From positions 1 to 59,858 of the forward strand of contig JAJZBR010000002.1 in NCBI GenBank assembly GCA_021798795.1: a stretch of DNA of 59,858 nt. Reading direction: 5' to 3'. The notes beneath the pieces are model-generated. The model made no database searches. It was not told where the DNA came from and saw only the letters and a list, made by a program, of their open reading frames with translations. Below are positions 38,756 through 46,047 of the stretch, in pieces. Each line of letters starts with the position of its first letter. Position 1 is the first letter of the stretch. The stretch is from Pseudomonadota bacterium (GTDB lineage: Bacteria > Pseudomonadota > Gammaproteobacteria > JAKAQQ01). A program made the translations under genes and the position numbers.

Positions 38756-40864
38756 TCATTCGTGGCAACCGCCACTGCACGTACCATCATTTTGTTCACC
38801 AGATGGTGGATGGTCGAGTTCCCTACGCAGCAGGGATTCCAGATGGGAGCAATACTCCGCAACGTAATCGATTTGATTGACTGAATCTCGGAGCCAGGGA
38901 TTCATCAGCGTGTGTCGCAGAACGAAAATCGAGTTCGTGTCCAGCACACCGGGTTGGTTCGGTCCGATCAAACCCAAAGCGTTGAGGATCCGACTGCGCT
39001 CGGTGGGCGCGAGTGAATCCGGATAAAGCAGCGTTGAGGAGCTGAAAAACTGTTGTGCCTGAAGCGGACGGGCCCGATCGACGCGGAGATGGGCGTACAC
39101 ACGGTATGCAAACGCGTTCATATGCCGGGCACTTGTGTTTCCCGCAGGATTAAAAGCGACGCAGAGCAGATTGGAATCGGGTTCAAAAGGAATGTGGACA
39201 TGGATCAGTCCCGCCAGACGTTCGGCCATGTTTTTCATGAGGTCATAGAGATGTTCGGTTGCCTGGATGCTCAGTTGGGGCAACTGGCCCAGATGGGCAT
39301 GATCCAACGGTAACGTTCGATGCGTCACATATACGGCCGCTGCTGCAGCACCGGGTTTGGATCCTTCGAGAATGAAGCGGCCGAGTTCCCGGAATCGTTC
39401 CCGGTAGGTTTGGTTGATGCGGTGTTCGGGATCCGTGAAGATGTACGGTACATCCTCCGCGACTGAATTCGTCATCCGGTGATCGCGGCAAACAAAAGCA
39501 CCACCCGAACCGTAGGGCAGGTAACCGAGCTTGTGGGGATCCACTGTCACCGAATCGACGGCCGAGAGAGCGGCGACCGCTTCATAAACCCGCGCTGATG
39601 GAAAGTAGTGGAACGCCTGCCGCACCTGCTCGCGTGGGCGCAGGTCACCGGATTCTTCACGAAATAGGCTGGCCAGATAGCCGCCCCACGCGGCGTCCAC
39701 ATGGACAGCAAAGCCAAGTCCCTTTTGGTTCCAGGCATTTCGCAAACGCACGATTTCGTGTATGGGATCCAATGTTCCGTATTCCGTGGTTCCCAGGATG
39801 CCGACCACGGCGAGAACCGGCACGTGCTGACTGGCACAGGTGGACAGGGTTTGCTCGAGCGCGTCCGTATCCATGCGCATACCATCCGTCGGCATCAGGC
39901 GGAGATGATTGTGCCCGAGCCCCAGGAGCTTACAGGCTTTTCTCCAGGAGTAATGGGCTGTTTGCGCGATCAGGATCACAGGAGGCTTGAGTGCTCCCCG
40001 GGCGTGATGAAAATCAATACATCCGAGTGTCTCGATCCGGTTGGACTCAAGTGCTTCGAGAAATGCGCGCAGCTTTGCAGTGTCCCCCTGCATTTGATCG
40101 CGACACGTTTCCGCAAGGGCGATCGCGCTGTCAACCGAAAGGTTGAACAGCTCCCAATCGTCATAGGATTGCAGCAGACGCCCGTTGAATGTCACTTCGA
40201 GATGGCACACATTGACCGCGGTCTGAATCGCCAATGGCAGGTATTTCAAGGCACGCAGAATCCAGAGCGCTTCGTAGTTTGCAACAGTTCCTCCTGATGT
40301 CAGGTGGCCAAATGCGCAGTTCGGTGCCGCCTCATCGTGGGGAAAACCCAGCATGCGCGCCAGTTGCAGGCCGACGTCGATTTCGAGATCGATCGTGCCA
40401 GCTGATGCATCGCTTGAAACGTTGTTCGGGTTATAGGGGATCGTGATCATCTGGGCGAGCAGCCCGGGCAGCAATGGGTCAGAGACCATGTGCCCCATAT
40501 AGCGTGGACTGGATAGGGGCGTCGATCGCTTGAGACGTGCGGTCAGCATCTGTAGTTCATGGCGCAGTCGAGACACAAAATCGACATAGGCCGCATCCTG
40601 CTGTGCAAACGGCGGGATGGGAGGTGGGTCGTCGGGGTGGAAGTTGCGGCGCCAATAAATATGATCGCGTAGCAGCTCGACCAGAAGACGTTCGAAGAGA
40701 TCGTTGTTCTCGGCATAGGCACCCAAGAAACATGCGTTCAGAAATGAAGCATCTGGTTTCATAGCGGGTTCCATTGGTTTGACAGGCATGGGATCAGGCG
40801 GTGCCGCCGCTTCGGAAGGGCTTCGAAATGGACCGCGAACGGGGCCATTTCTTTCATCGCGCAT
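38756..40864 (-). CDS. large group II PLP-dependent decarboxylase-like enzyme (tyrosine/aromatic amino acid decarboxylase-like fold)
   Basis: Motifs HIYWRRNFHPDD, HLTSGGTVANYEALW, HVDAAWGG and VDPHKLGY (PLP lysine). The chosen start ATG 40864 lies 1 nt after the chorismate mutase stop (TGAGATG). Alternative starts are 40789, 40774 and 40762. The tail is Cys-rich (GTCSGGCHE). Confidence 0.8.
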   Translation of the reverse strand: MRDERNGPVRGPFRSPSEAAAPPDPMPVKPMEPAMKPDASFLNACFLGAYAENNDLFERLLVELLRDHIYWRRNFHPDDPPPIPPFAQQDAAYVDFVSRLRHELQMLTARLKRSTPLSSPRYMGHMVSDPLLPGLLAQMITIPYNPNNVSSDASAGTIDLEIDVGLQLARMLGFPHDEAAPNCAFGHLTSGGTVANYEALWILRALKYLPLAIQTAVNVCHLEVTFNGRLLQSYDDWELFNLSVDSAIALAETCRDQMQGDTAKLRAFLEALESNRIETLGCIDFHHARGALKPPVILIAQTAHYSWRKACKLLGLGHNHLRLMPTDGMRMDTDALEQTLSTCASQHVPVLAVVGILGTTEYGTLDPIHEIVRLRNAWNQKGLGFAVHVDAAWGGYLASLFREESGDLRPREQVRQAFHYFPSARVYEAVAALSAVDSVTVDPHKLGYLPYGSGGAFVCRDHRMTNSVAEDVPYIFTDPEHRINQTYRERFRELGRFILEGSKPGAAAAAVYVTHRTLPLDHAHLGQLPQLSIQATEHLYDLMKNMAERLAGLIHVHIPFEPDSNLLCVAFNPAGNTSARHMNAFAYRVYAHLRVDRARPLQAQQFFSSSTLLYPDSLAPTERSRILNALGLIGPNQPGVLDTNSIFVLRHTLMNPWLRDSVNQIDYVAEYCSHLESLLRRELDHPPSGEQNDGTCSGGCHE

Positions 40865-40865
40865 C

Positions 40866-41222
40866 TCAACCGGGCTCAGCATCTTCGATTCCTGGATGCA
40901 TGTCCGCCAGGTGTTCAACCTGCCCGGTGTCTACACTGCCCGCCATCTGCAGGGAGTTTTGGAGTACGGCTGAAACGATCCTGCTCGTGGCTGCAGGATT
41001 GAGACGGTAGCGTTCGGCCGAGGCTCTACAACGGGCAAAGATCTCGAGCTCACGTTCCGGACTGCGTGCGGGCAGGCCGATGAGTTTCTTGATGTCCTGT
41101 GCCTGCTCAACCAGCTCACTTCTGAGTTTCAATAATAAAACCAGTCGGTCGTCTAACCGGTCAATCCGGCGCCGTATTGCATTGAGACGGTCTCGTTGTG
41201 CGGGTTGCGAGGATGGGGTCAT
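40866..41222 (-). CDS. monofunctional chorismate mutase (AroQ class)
   Basis: 118 aa. LNAIRRRIDRLDDRLVLLLKLRSELVEQAQDIKK...PERELEI matches the AroQ helix 1/2 pattern (R..ID.lD..ll.Ll..R....... K). No signal peptide. Confidence 0.85.
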   Translation of the reverse strand: MTPSSQPAQRDRLNAIRRRIDRLDDRLVLLLKLRSELVEQAQDIKKLIGLPARSPERELEIFARCRASAERYRLNPAATSRIVSAVLQNSLQMAGSVDTGQVEHLADMHPGIEDAEPG

Positions 41223-41386
41223 CTGCGTACGCCGGATCGCTATGGGACAGTGGACGTCAGGGCGAAGGTTCGGGATGGGCCATGTCCGGTCGCGCCGGGC
41301 AATCCCGTTTGACGAGTGATTGTGGACCTGTGCTGATCTTTTGCATATGACCTAGATCAAGGCGTGACCGTCGTACGCCGGATAGC

Positions 41387-41896
41387 ATGAAAGATATGGT
41401 TCTGCGCGCGTTTCTGAAACGCTTGGGTGATGGCGTGCCCATGCTCCCGGCAAGAGTCCTGAACTGGGGAAGCCGGATGCCCGCTCCGCTCAGAAATGCA
41501 CTCGTGGAACAGATTTTCAACTATGCGCTGAGAAAACCATTGGCGGCTGGCACCTTCGACTTCCTGTCGGATCAAGCTGTTTCGGTCGTTGCGTCGGATG
41601 CTGATTATGGAATATCGCTGACCTGTCACAAACGCCTTTTGCGCTTGCTGCCGAGTGGGTGTGCGGATACCACGATCACAGCATCGACACTTGATCTCCT
41701 TCGGATGGCAGCTGGCCAGGTTGATGCAGATAGTCTGTTCTTTCGCCAGCAGCTTACGATCCGCGGGAATGTGGCGCTCGGTCTCGAAACCAAAAATGCA
41801 CTCGATGGAATCGACCGTGATGACTTGCCGTTTCCGGTCTGGTCCGTACTGAGAGGAGCCGAGACGCTGTTCAGACGCATGGAGCAGACGAGGTGA
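41387..41896 (+). CDS. ubiT: SCP2-domain ubiquinone biosynthesis accessory factor UbiT (YhbT)
   Basis: 169 aa. Aligns with E. coli UbiT, including the ...DADSLFFRQQLTIRGNVALGLETKNALD block (E. coli DPDTLFFQRRLVIEGDTELGLYVKNLMD). Confidence 0.88.
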   Translation: MKDMVLRAFLKRLGDGVPMLPARVLNWGSRMPAPLRNALVEQIFNYALRKPLAAGTFDFLSDQAVSVVASDADYGISLTCHKRLLRLLPSGCADTTITASTLDLLRMAAGQVDADSLFFRQQLTIRGNVALGLETKNALDGIDRDDLPFPVWSVLRGAETLFRRMEQTR

Positions 41897-42761
41897 TGAT
41901 GCCCGCCTGCTCCAGCCAATAACCGTCGCATTCCGGGGCGCCGATCAGATCAGCTACCTCTGGTATATTTCCCCTGTCCAATGCCACACGGGCCCGGTGT
42001 AGCAACGCGGGAGTGTTACTGGCATCCGGGCTGATTCTGAGAATGCCGACTCCAGCGTGGGCAGCCTCGCGCCAGTAGGGCAGAAGGTTTACAATCCGCG
42101 CGGATTGAGTTTGAAGCCCATTCAGGGTCAGAAAGGGCTGCCCTTCCTGGGTTTCAACCGCCATTCCGGAGGGATAGCGTCCGCAGATGAAATGGCAATG
42201 ATCCCGGGTGTAGCCATGTGCCCGTGCGGTAAAACAGCGGGCCGAGTAGGCAAGTGGCATCCGGCCCAGTGTAAAAAGCTCGGTTTCCAAGTGATCCGAA
42301 CCTAGCATCCGGATCATGGTGGCCAGTGCGGCACCCGATATCTCGAGAGGCGGAATCCAGCGGAAGAGCCCCAGATCCCGTAGTTGTGCCAGCGTCCGTT
42401 CATTGTAAACATTCAGTGAAGCGCCTGCGACAAACGGAAGACCGTTTTCCATGAGCATGTGAACAGCCGCTGCATCATTGGCTTCCACCAGAAACTCTCC
42501 ATTGCTGCAGACCCGCTCGATCTGCGAGAGTTCAGATTCTGCTTCGACAACGGTCAAGGTGGACAGGACAATCTCTTTGCCGCGATCCTTCAGCATGCGT
42601 CCGATCTCAAGCCACTGCATCCAGCCCAGACTGCGCCGTTTTGAGCATACGGTCTCGCCGAGATAGACAATGTCAACAGGTGCTTCAGCGATATCATTAT
42701 AGAAGGCAAGAAGCTGATCGTTGTTCCAGTGATAACCAACCGGGCCAAGCGCAAGACGCAT
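41871..42761 (-). CDS. ubiV: U32-family O2-independent ubiquinone hydroxylase subunit UbiV (YhbV)
   Basis: MRLALGPVGYHWN...VYLGETVCSKRR...LPLAYSARCFTAR aligns with E. coli UbiV (MKYSLGPVLWYWP...IYLGEAVCSKRR...LPLAYSARCFTAR). The start could be 42782. Confidence 0.9.
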   Translation of the reverse strand: MRLALGPVGYHWNNDQLLAFYNDIAEAPVDIVYLGETVCSKRRSLGWMQWLEIGRMLKDRGKEIVLSTLTVVEAESELSQIERVCSNGEFLVEANDAAAVHMLMENGLPFVAGASLNVYNERTLAQLRDLGLFRWIPPLEISGAALATMIRMLGSDHLETELFTLGRMPLAYSARCFTARAHGYTRDHCHFICGRYPSGMAVETQEGQPFLTLNGLQTQSARIVNLLPYWREAAHAGVGILRISPDASNTPALLHRARVALDRGNIPEVADLIGAPECDGYWLEQAGIITSSAPCV

Positions 42762-42772
42762 AGGGGATTCGC

Positions 42773-43768
42773 TCAACGCCATACCCGGGCGTAAGCGCCC
42801 AGTGTCGTCTGTTGCCCTTCCGAAAGTTTGCCCAGGGCTTGTACCCACGCGCTCTCGGGCACGAAGTGCACCGGATCCCTTTGGCAGGCATCCAGTGCAG
42901 CACGCCAGGTTCGGACCACTTGGGCAATATATGCTGGACTGCGCTGTCGGCCTTCGAGCTTGATCGCCTCTATGCCGAGCGCAGCCAGTTTGGGCAAGAT
43001 ATCCAATGTGTTGAGGCTGGTTGGTTCTTCAAAGACATGGCGGATCCGGTTCTCGACACGAAATCGTCCCTTGCAGATTGTCGGGTAACCCGCAGCTTCC
43101 TCCGGTGCGAAACGGTCGATCAGAATGCCCGCAACACGCGTTTCCAGTCCCCCTGGGGTCGGTATCCAAGCCACGCTTTCGGCGGGAGAACAGGCACCAT
43201 AGTTGTTGGGGGAATGCCCACAGGCATAGGATGACAGCAGACAACGCCCCTCGGCCATGATGCAGAGACTGCCAAATCCGAACACTTCAAGCGGGACGAC
43301 GTCGTGTTCAGCAAGCCGCGCGATCTGGGTCAATGAGAGCACGCGGGGAAGCACTGCACGGCGAATGTTGAACAGATCCCGGTAAAGCCGGAGCGCGCGC
43401 CAATTCGTGGCGGAGGCCTGTACGGAAAGGTGCAGGCGGAGATCCGGGTAGGTCCGAGATGCGTAACCGAGGACCGCAAGATCGGCTGCTATGAGTGCAG
43501 AGACATTCGCTTCGGCGGCCTGGTCTACGGCGGCCTTCCAGTCAGCCCATTTGCCGGCACGCGCATAGGTATTGATGGCAACGTATATCTGAGCCTGAAA
43601 CCGTTTGGCTGTCTCGACGACTTCGTGGAGCTGCGCCGGTGCAAAGTTGAGCCCGGGAAAGTTACGCGCGTTGGTTGCATCGCGCAAGCCGAGATAGACG
43701 GCATCTGCGCCGGCTTCCAAAGCCGCTTTCAGGGAGCCGGGGCTGCCGGCAGGTGCAACAAGATCCAT
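42773..43768 (-). CDS. ubiU: U32-family O2-independent ubiquinone hydroxylase subunit UbiU (YhbU)
   Basis: 331 aa, near full-length collinear with E. coli UbiU (GADAVY.GL.D.TNAR.F.GLNF, FGSLCIM.EGRC.LSSY, GYPT.CKGR, EEPTSLNTL, IEGRQRSPAY, TTLGAY). Confidence 0.93.
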   Translation of the reverse strand: MDLVAPAGSPGSLKAALEAGADAVYLGLRDATNARNFPGLNFAPAQLHEVVETAKRFQAQIYVAINTYARAGKWADWKAAVDQAAEANVSALIAADLAVLGYASRTYPDLRLHLSVQASATNWRALRLYRDLFNIRRAVLPRVLSLTQIARLAEHDVVPLEVFGFGSLCIMAEGRCLLSSYACGHSPNNYGACSPAESVAWIPTPGGLETRVAGILIDRFAPEEAAGYPTICKGRFRVENRIRHVFEEPTSLNTLDILPKLAALGIEAIKLEGRQRSPAYIAQVVRTWRAALDACQRDPVHFVPESAWVQALGKLSEGQQTTLGAYARVWR

Positions 43769-43794
43769 TGGCGGATGCGGTTGGACACCCTACC

Positions 43795-43836
43795 ATTGTA
43801 AAAGCCGAAGTTGGGAGGATGCTTGATACGGATCAA
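43795..43836 (-). promoter_or_regulatory. class II FNR/CRP-family dependent promoter for ubiU-ubiV
   Basis: A perfect palindrome TTGAT-ACGG-ATCAA lies at 43823..43836. On the minus strand a TACAAT -10 hexamer (43800..43795) sits 32 bp from the box centre. This is the spacing expected for a -41.5 site, and predicts a TSS about 20 nt upstream of the ubiU ATG (43768). Confidence 0.7.
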
Positions 43837-43916
43837 GGAAATCACGAGCCTAGACTCCTTTCTGACTTTGGTGGCCCGGATGGTTGCATCAGGTGCCGTG
43901 ATAGGTGACGCACGGC

Positions 43917-44573
43917 CTATCCTGAAAATCCCCACCGGGGTGTGAGATCGTGTTCAACGTCCAGATGGTCGAGGGTGCGAGCGACGACGAAATCGACGAG
44001 GCGGTCAACTGACAGGGGGGGATGATAAAAGCCCGGGCAGGCCGGAAGCATCACGACTCCGGATTGCGACAAATGGAGCATGTGTGTGAGGTGAATACAG
44101 CTCAAAGGGGTTTCTCTGGGTACCAGAACGAGCTTGCGGCGCTCTTTGATCATGACATCAGCGGCCCGTTCGAGCAAGGTATGGCTCGCACCGGTCGCGA
44201 TGGCTGCAAGCATGCCCATGCTGCATGGACAGATGGCCATTGCATCTACGCGGGCCGATCCACTGGCCATCGGCGCCGTCCACTGCCGTTCACCGAAAAC
44301 ACGCAGATGCCCGCGTGCATCGGTGATCGGGGCGAAGTGTGTGTTCAGTATTCGTTCGATTGCAAGCGGTTCATCGGGCAGGGTCAGTTCCGTTTCCATT
44401 GCCATGACCGTTCGTGCCGAATCGGTCACGACCACGTGAACTTCACGGTTGGCGATGAGTAATCGTTCAATGAGTCTCAGGCCGTAAATGGTTCCTGATG
44501 CGCCACTCAGTCCTACCACAACGGGTGACCGATCACCTGATCGTACATGCGATTCCAGGCGTCTGGTACTCAC
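43917..44573 (-). CDS. ubiX: flavin prenyltransferase UbiX
   Basis: The GTG start overlaps the ubiD stop (GTGA). VVVGLSGASGTIYGLRLIE, PCSMG and typical UbiX length (218 aa). The longer ORF to 44648 lies inside ubiD. Confidence 0.9.
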   Translation of the reverse strand: MSTRRLESHVRSGDRSPVVVGLSGASGTIYGLRLIERLLIANREVHVVVTDSARTVMAMETELTLPDEPLAIERILNTHFAPITDARGHLRVFGERQWTAPMASGSARVDAMAICPCSMGMLAAIATGASHTLLERAADVMIKERRKLVLVPRETPLSCIHLTHMLHLSQSGVVMLPACPGFYHPPLSVDRLVDFVVARTLDHLDVEHDLTPRWGFSG

Positions 44574-46036
44574 CCGAGTTCGAGATCTGACCAGAGACGA
44601 TCGATGCGTGCGACGATCTCGGGGTCTTTGATGATCGGACGTCCCCATGTGCGGCTCGTTTCGCCCGGACCCTTGTTCGTGGCATCCACTCCGAGCTTGG
44701 ATCCGAGCCCGGTAGTTGCCGATGTGAAATCCAGATTGTCGACGGGAGTCGCATCCATGCAGAAAATGTCACGCTTCGGGTCCACGCGGGTACTTAATAC
44801 CCAGAGAACATCCTTCCAGTTGCGAACGTCGATATCGTCGTCCGTGATGATCACGTACTTGGTATAAAGAAACTGGCGCAGAAAGCTCCAGATGCCAAAC
44901 ATGACCCGCCTGGCCTGGCCTGGATACTCCTTACGGATGCTCACACAGGCCATCCGGTAGCTGCAGGCTTCGGGAGGAAGATAGAAGTCGATGATTTCCG
45001 GAAACTGACGTTTGAGGATCGGGATAAAAAGCTCGTTCAGAGCGGCCGCTAGGACGGATGGCTCATCCGGAGGGCGCCCGGTATGGGTGGCGTGAAAGAT
45101 GGGGTCATCGCGATGGGTGAGCCGGGTAACGGTCATGACCGGATAGGGGGCCACCTCGTCATAGTAGCCGGTATGGTCACCGAACGGACCTTCGACAGCC
45201 GTATCATCCGGGTGGATGAAGCCTTCGAGGACAATCTCGGCCTGCGCCGGAACACTGAGATCGTGGGACAGACAGGGGGCAATCTCCGTACGGGATCCTC
45301 TCAGCAGGCCAGCGAAAGCATACTCCGAGAAATGGTCGGGAATCGGCATCGCTGCGGCGATCAGCATCGCGGGATCTGCACCAATTGCTACGGCGACCGG
45401 GAAGGGTTTGTCCGGATGGGCCCCGCGCCATGCCCTGAAATCCAGTGCGCCCCCGCGGTGGGGCAGCCAACGCATGATCAGGCGGTTGTGGTCGATGACC
45501 TGCTGGCGGTAGACCCCAACGTTGAGTCGCTCGCGAACTGGTCCCCGCGTTACTGTCAAACCCCAGGTGATCAAGGGTCCAGCATCGCCTGGCCAACTGG
45601 TGACCAGTGGCAGGCGGCTTAAATCCACGTCGTTTCCTGTTAGTTGATGCGTTTGACAAGCCGGACGATGGATCCGGCGCAGAGGCATTTTGAGCGCACC
45701 CCGCATCAGTTCCAGGTGGCCGAGTATATCCGCCAGACCCTGAGGTGGTTCCGGCTCGCGATAGAGGGCCAGTCGCTCGCCGAACTCGCGCAGATCCCCG
45801 ATTGTGCGGCGTCCGAGTGCCCTTGCCACCCGGTCGGGTGTCCCGAGGAGATTCGTCAGGACCGGCAGGGTCTGCCCCACGGGCCGTGTAAAGAGCAAGG
45901 CAGGCCCTCCTCGCTTCAAGACCCGGTCAGAGATCTCAGTAATTTCGAACTGAGGATCGATGGGGACGTCGATCTTTTTTAGTTCCCCGCACTGATTGAG
46001 CTCATCAACAAAGGATCGCAAGCTGTTCAGGGACAT
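44570..46036 (-). CDS. ubiD: 4-hydroxy-3-polyprenylbenzoate decarboxylase UbiD
   Basis: 488 aa. N-terminal LRSFVDELNQCGELKKIDVPIDP.FEITEI.DRVLK.GGPALLF and the prFMN-binding core typical of UbiD. Confidence 0.92.
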   Translation of the reverse strand: MSLNSLRSFVDELNQCGELKKIDVPIDPQFEITEISDRVLKRGGPALLFTRPVGQTLPVLTNLLGTPDRVARALGRRTIGDLREFGERLALYREPEPPQGLADILGHLELMRGALKMPLRRIHRPACQTHQLTGNDVDLSRLPLVTSWPGDAGPLITWGLTVTRGPVRERLNVGVYRQQVIDHNRLIMRWLPHRGGALDFRAWRGAHPDKPFPVAVAIGADPAMLIAAAMPIPDHFSEYAFAGLLRGSRTEIAPCLSHDLSVPAQAEIVLEGFIHPDDTAVEGPFGDHTGYYDEVAPYPVMTVTRLTHRDDPIFHATHTGRPPDEPSVLAAALNELFIPILKRQFPEIIDFYLPPEACSYRMACVSIRKEYPGQARRVMFGIWSFLRQFLYTKYVIITDDDIDVRNWKDVLWVLSTRVDPKRDIFCMDATPVDNLDFTSATTGLGSKLGVDATNKGPGETSRTWGRPIIKDPEIVARIDRLWSDLELG

Positions 46037-46047
46037 CTGGACGAGCT

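Noticed and set aside
41347-41360. Possible FNR site ATGAC-CTAG-ATCAA upstream of ubiT.
   Set aside because: Only one half-site matches (8/10 overall, with the left half 3/5). The centre is 33 bp from the ubiT ATG, which is incompatible with a -41.5 site unless the start codon is wrong.
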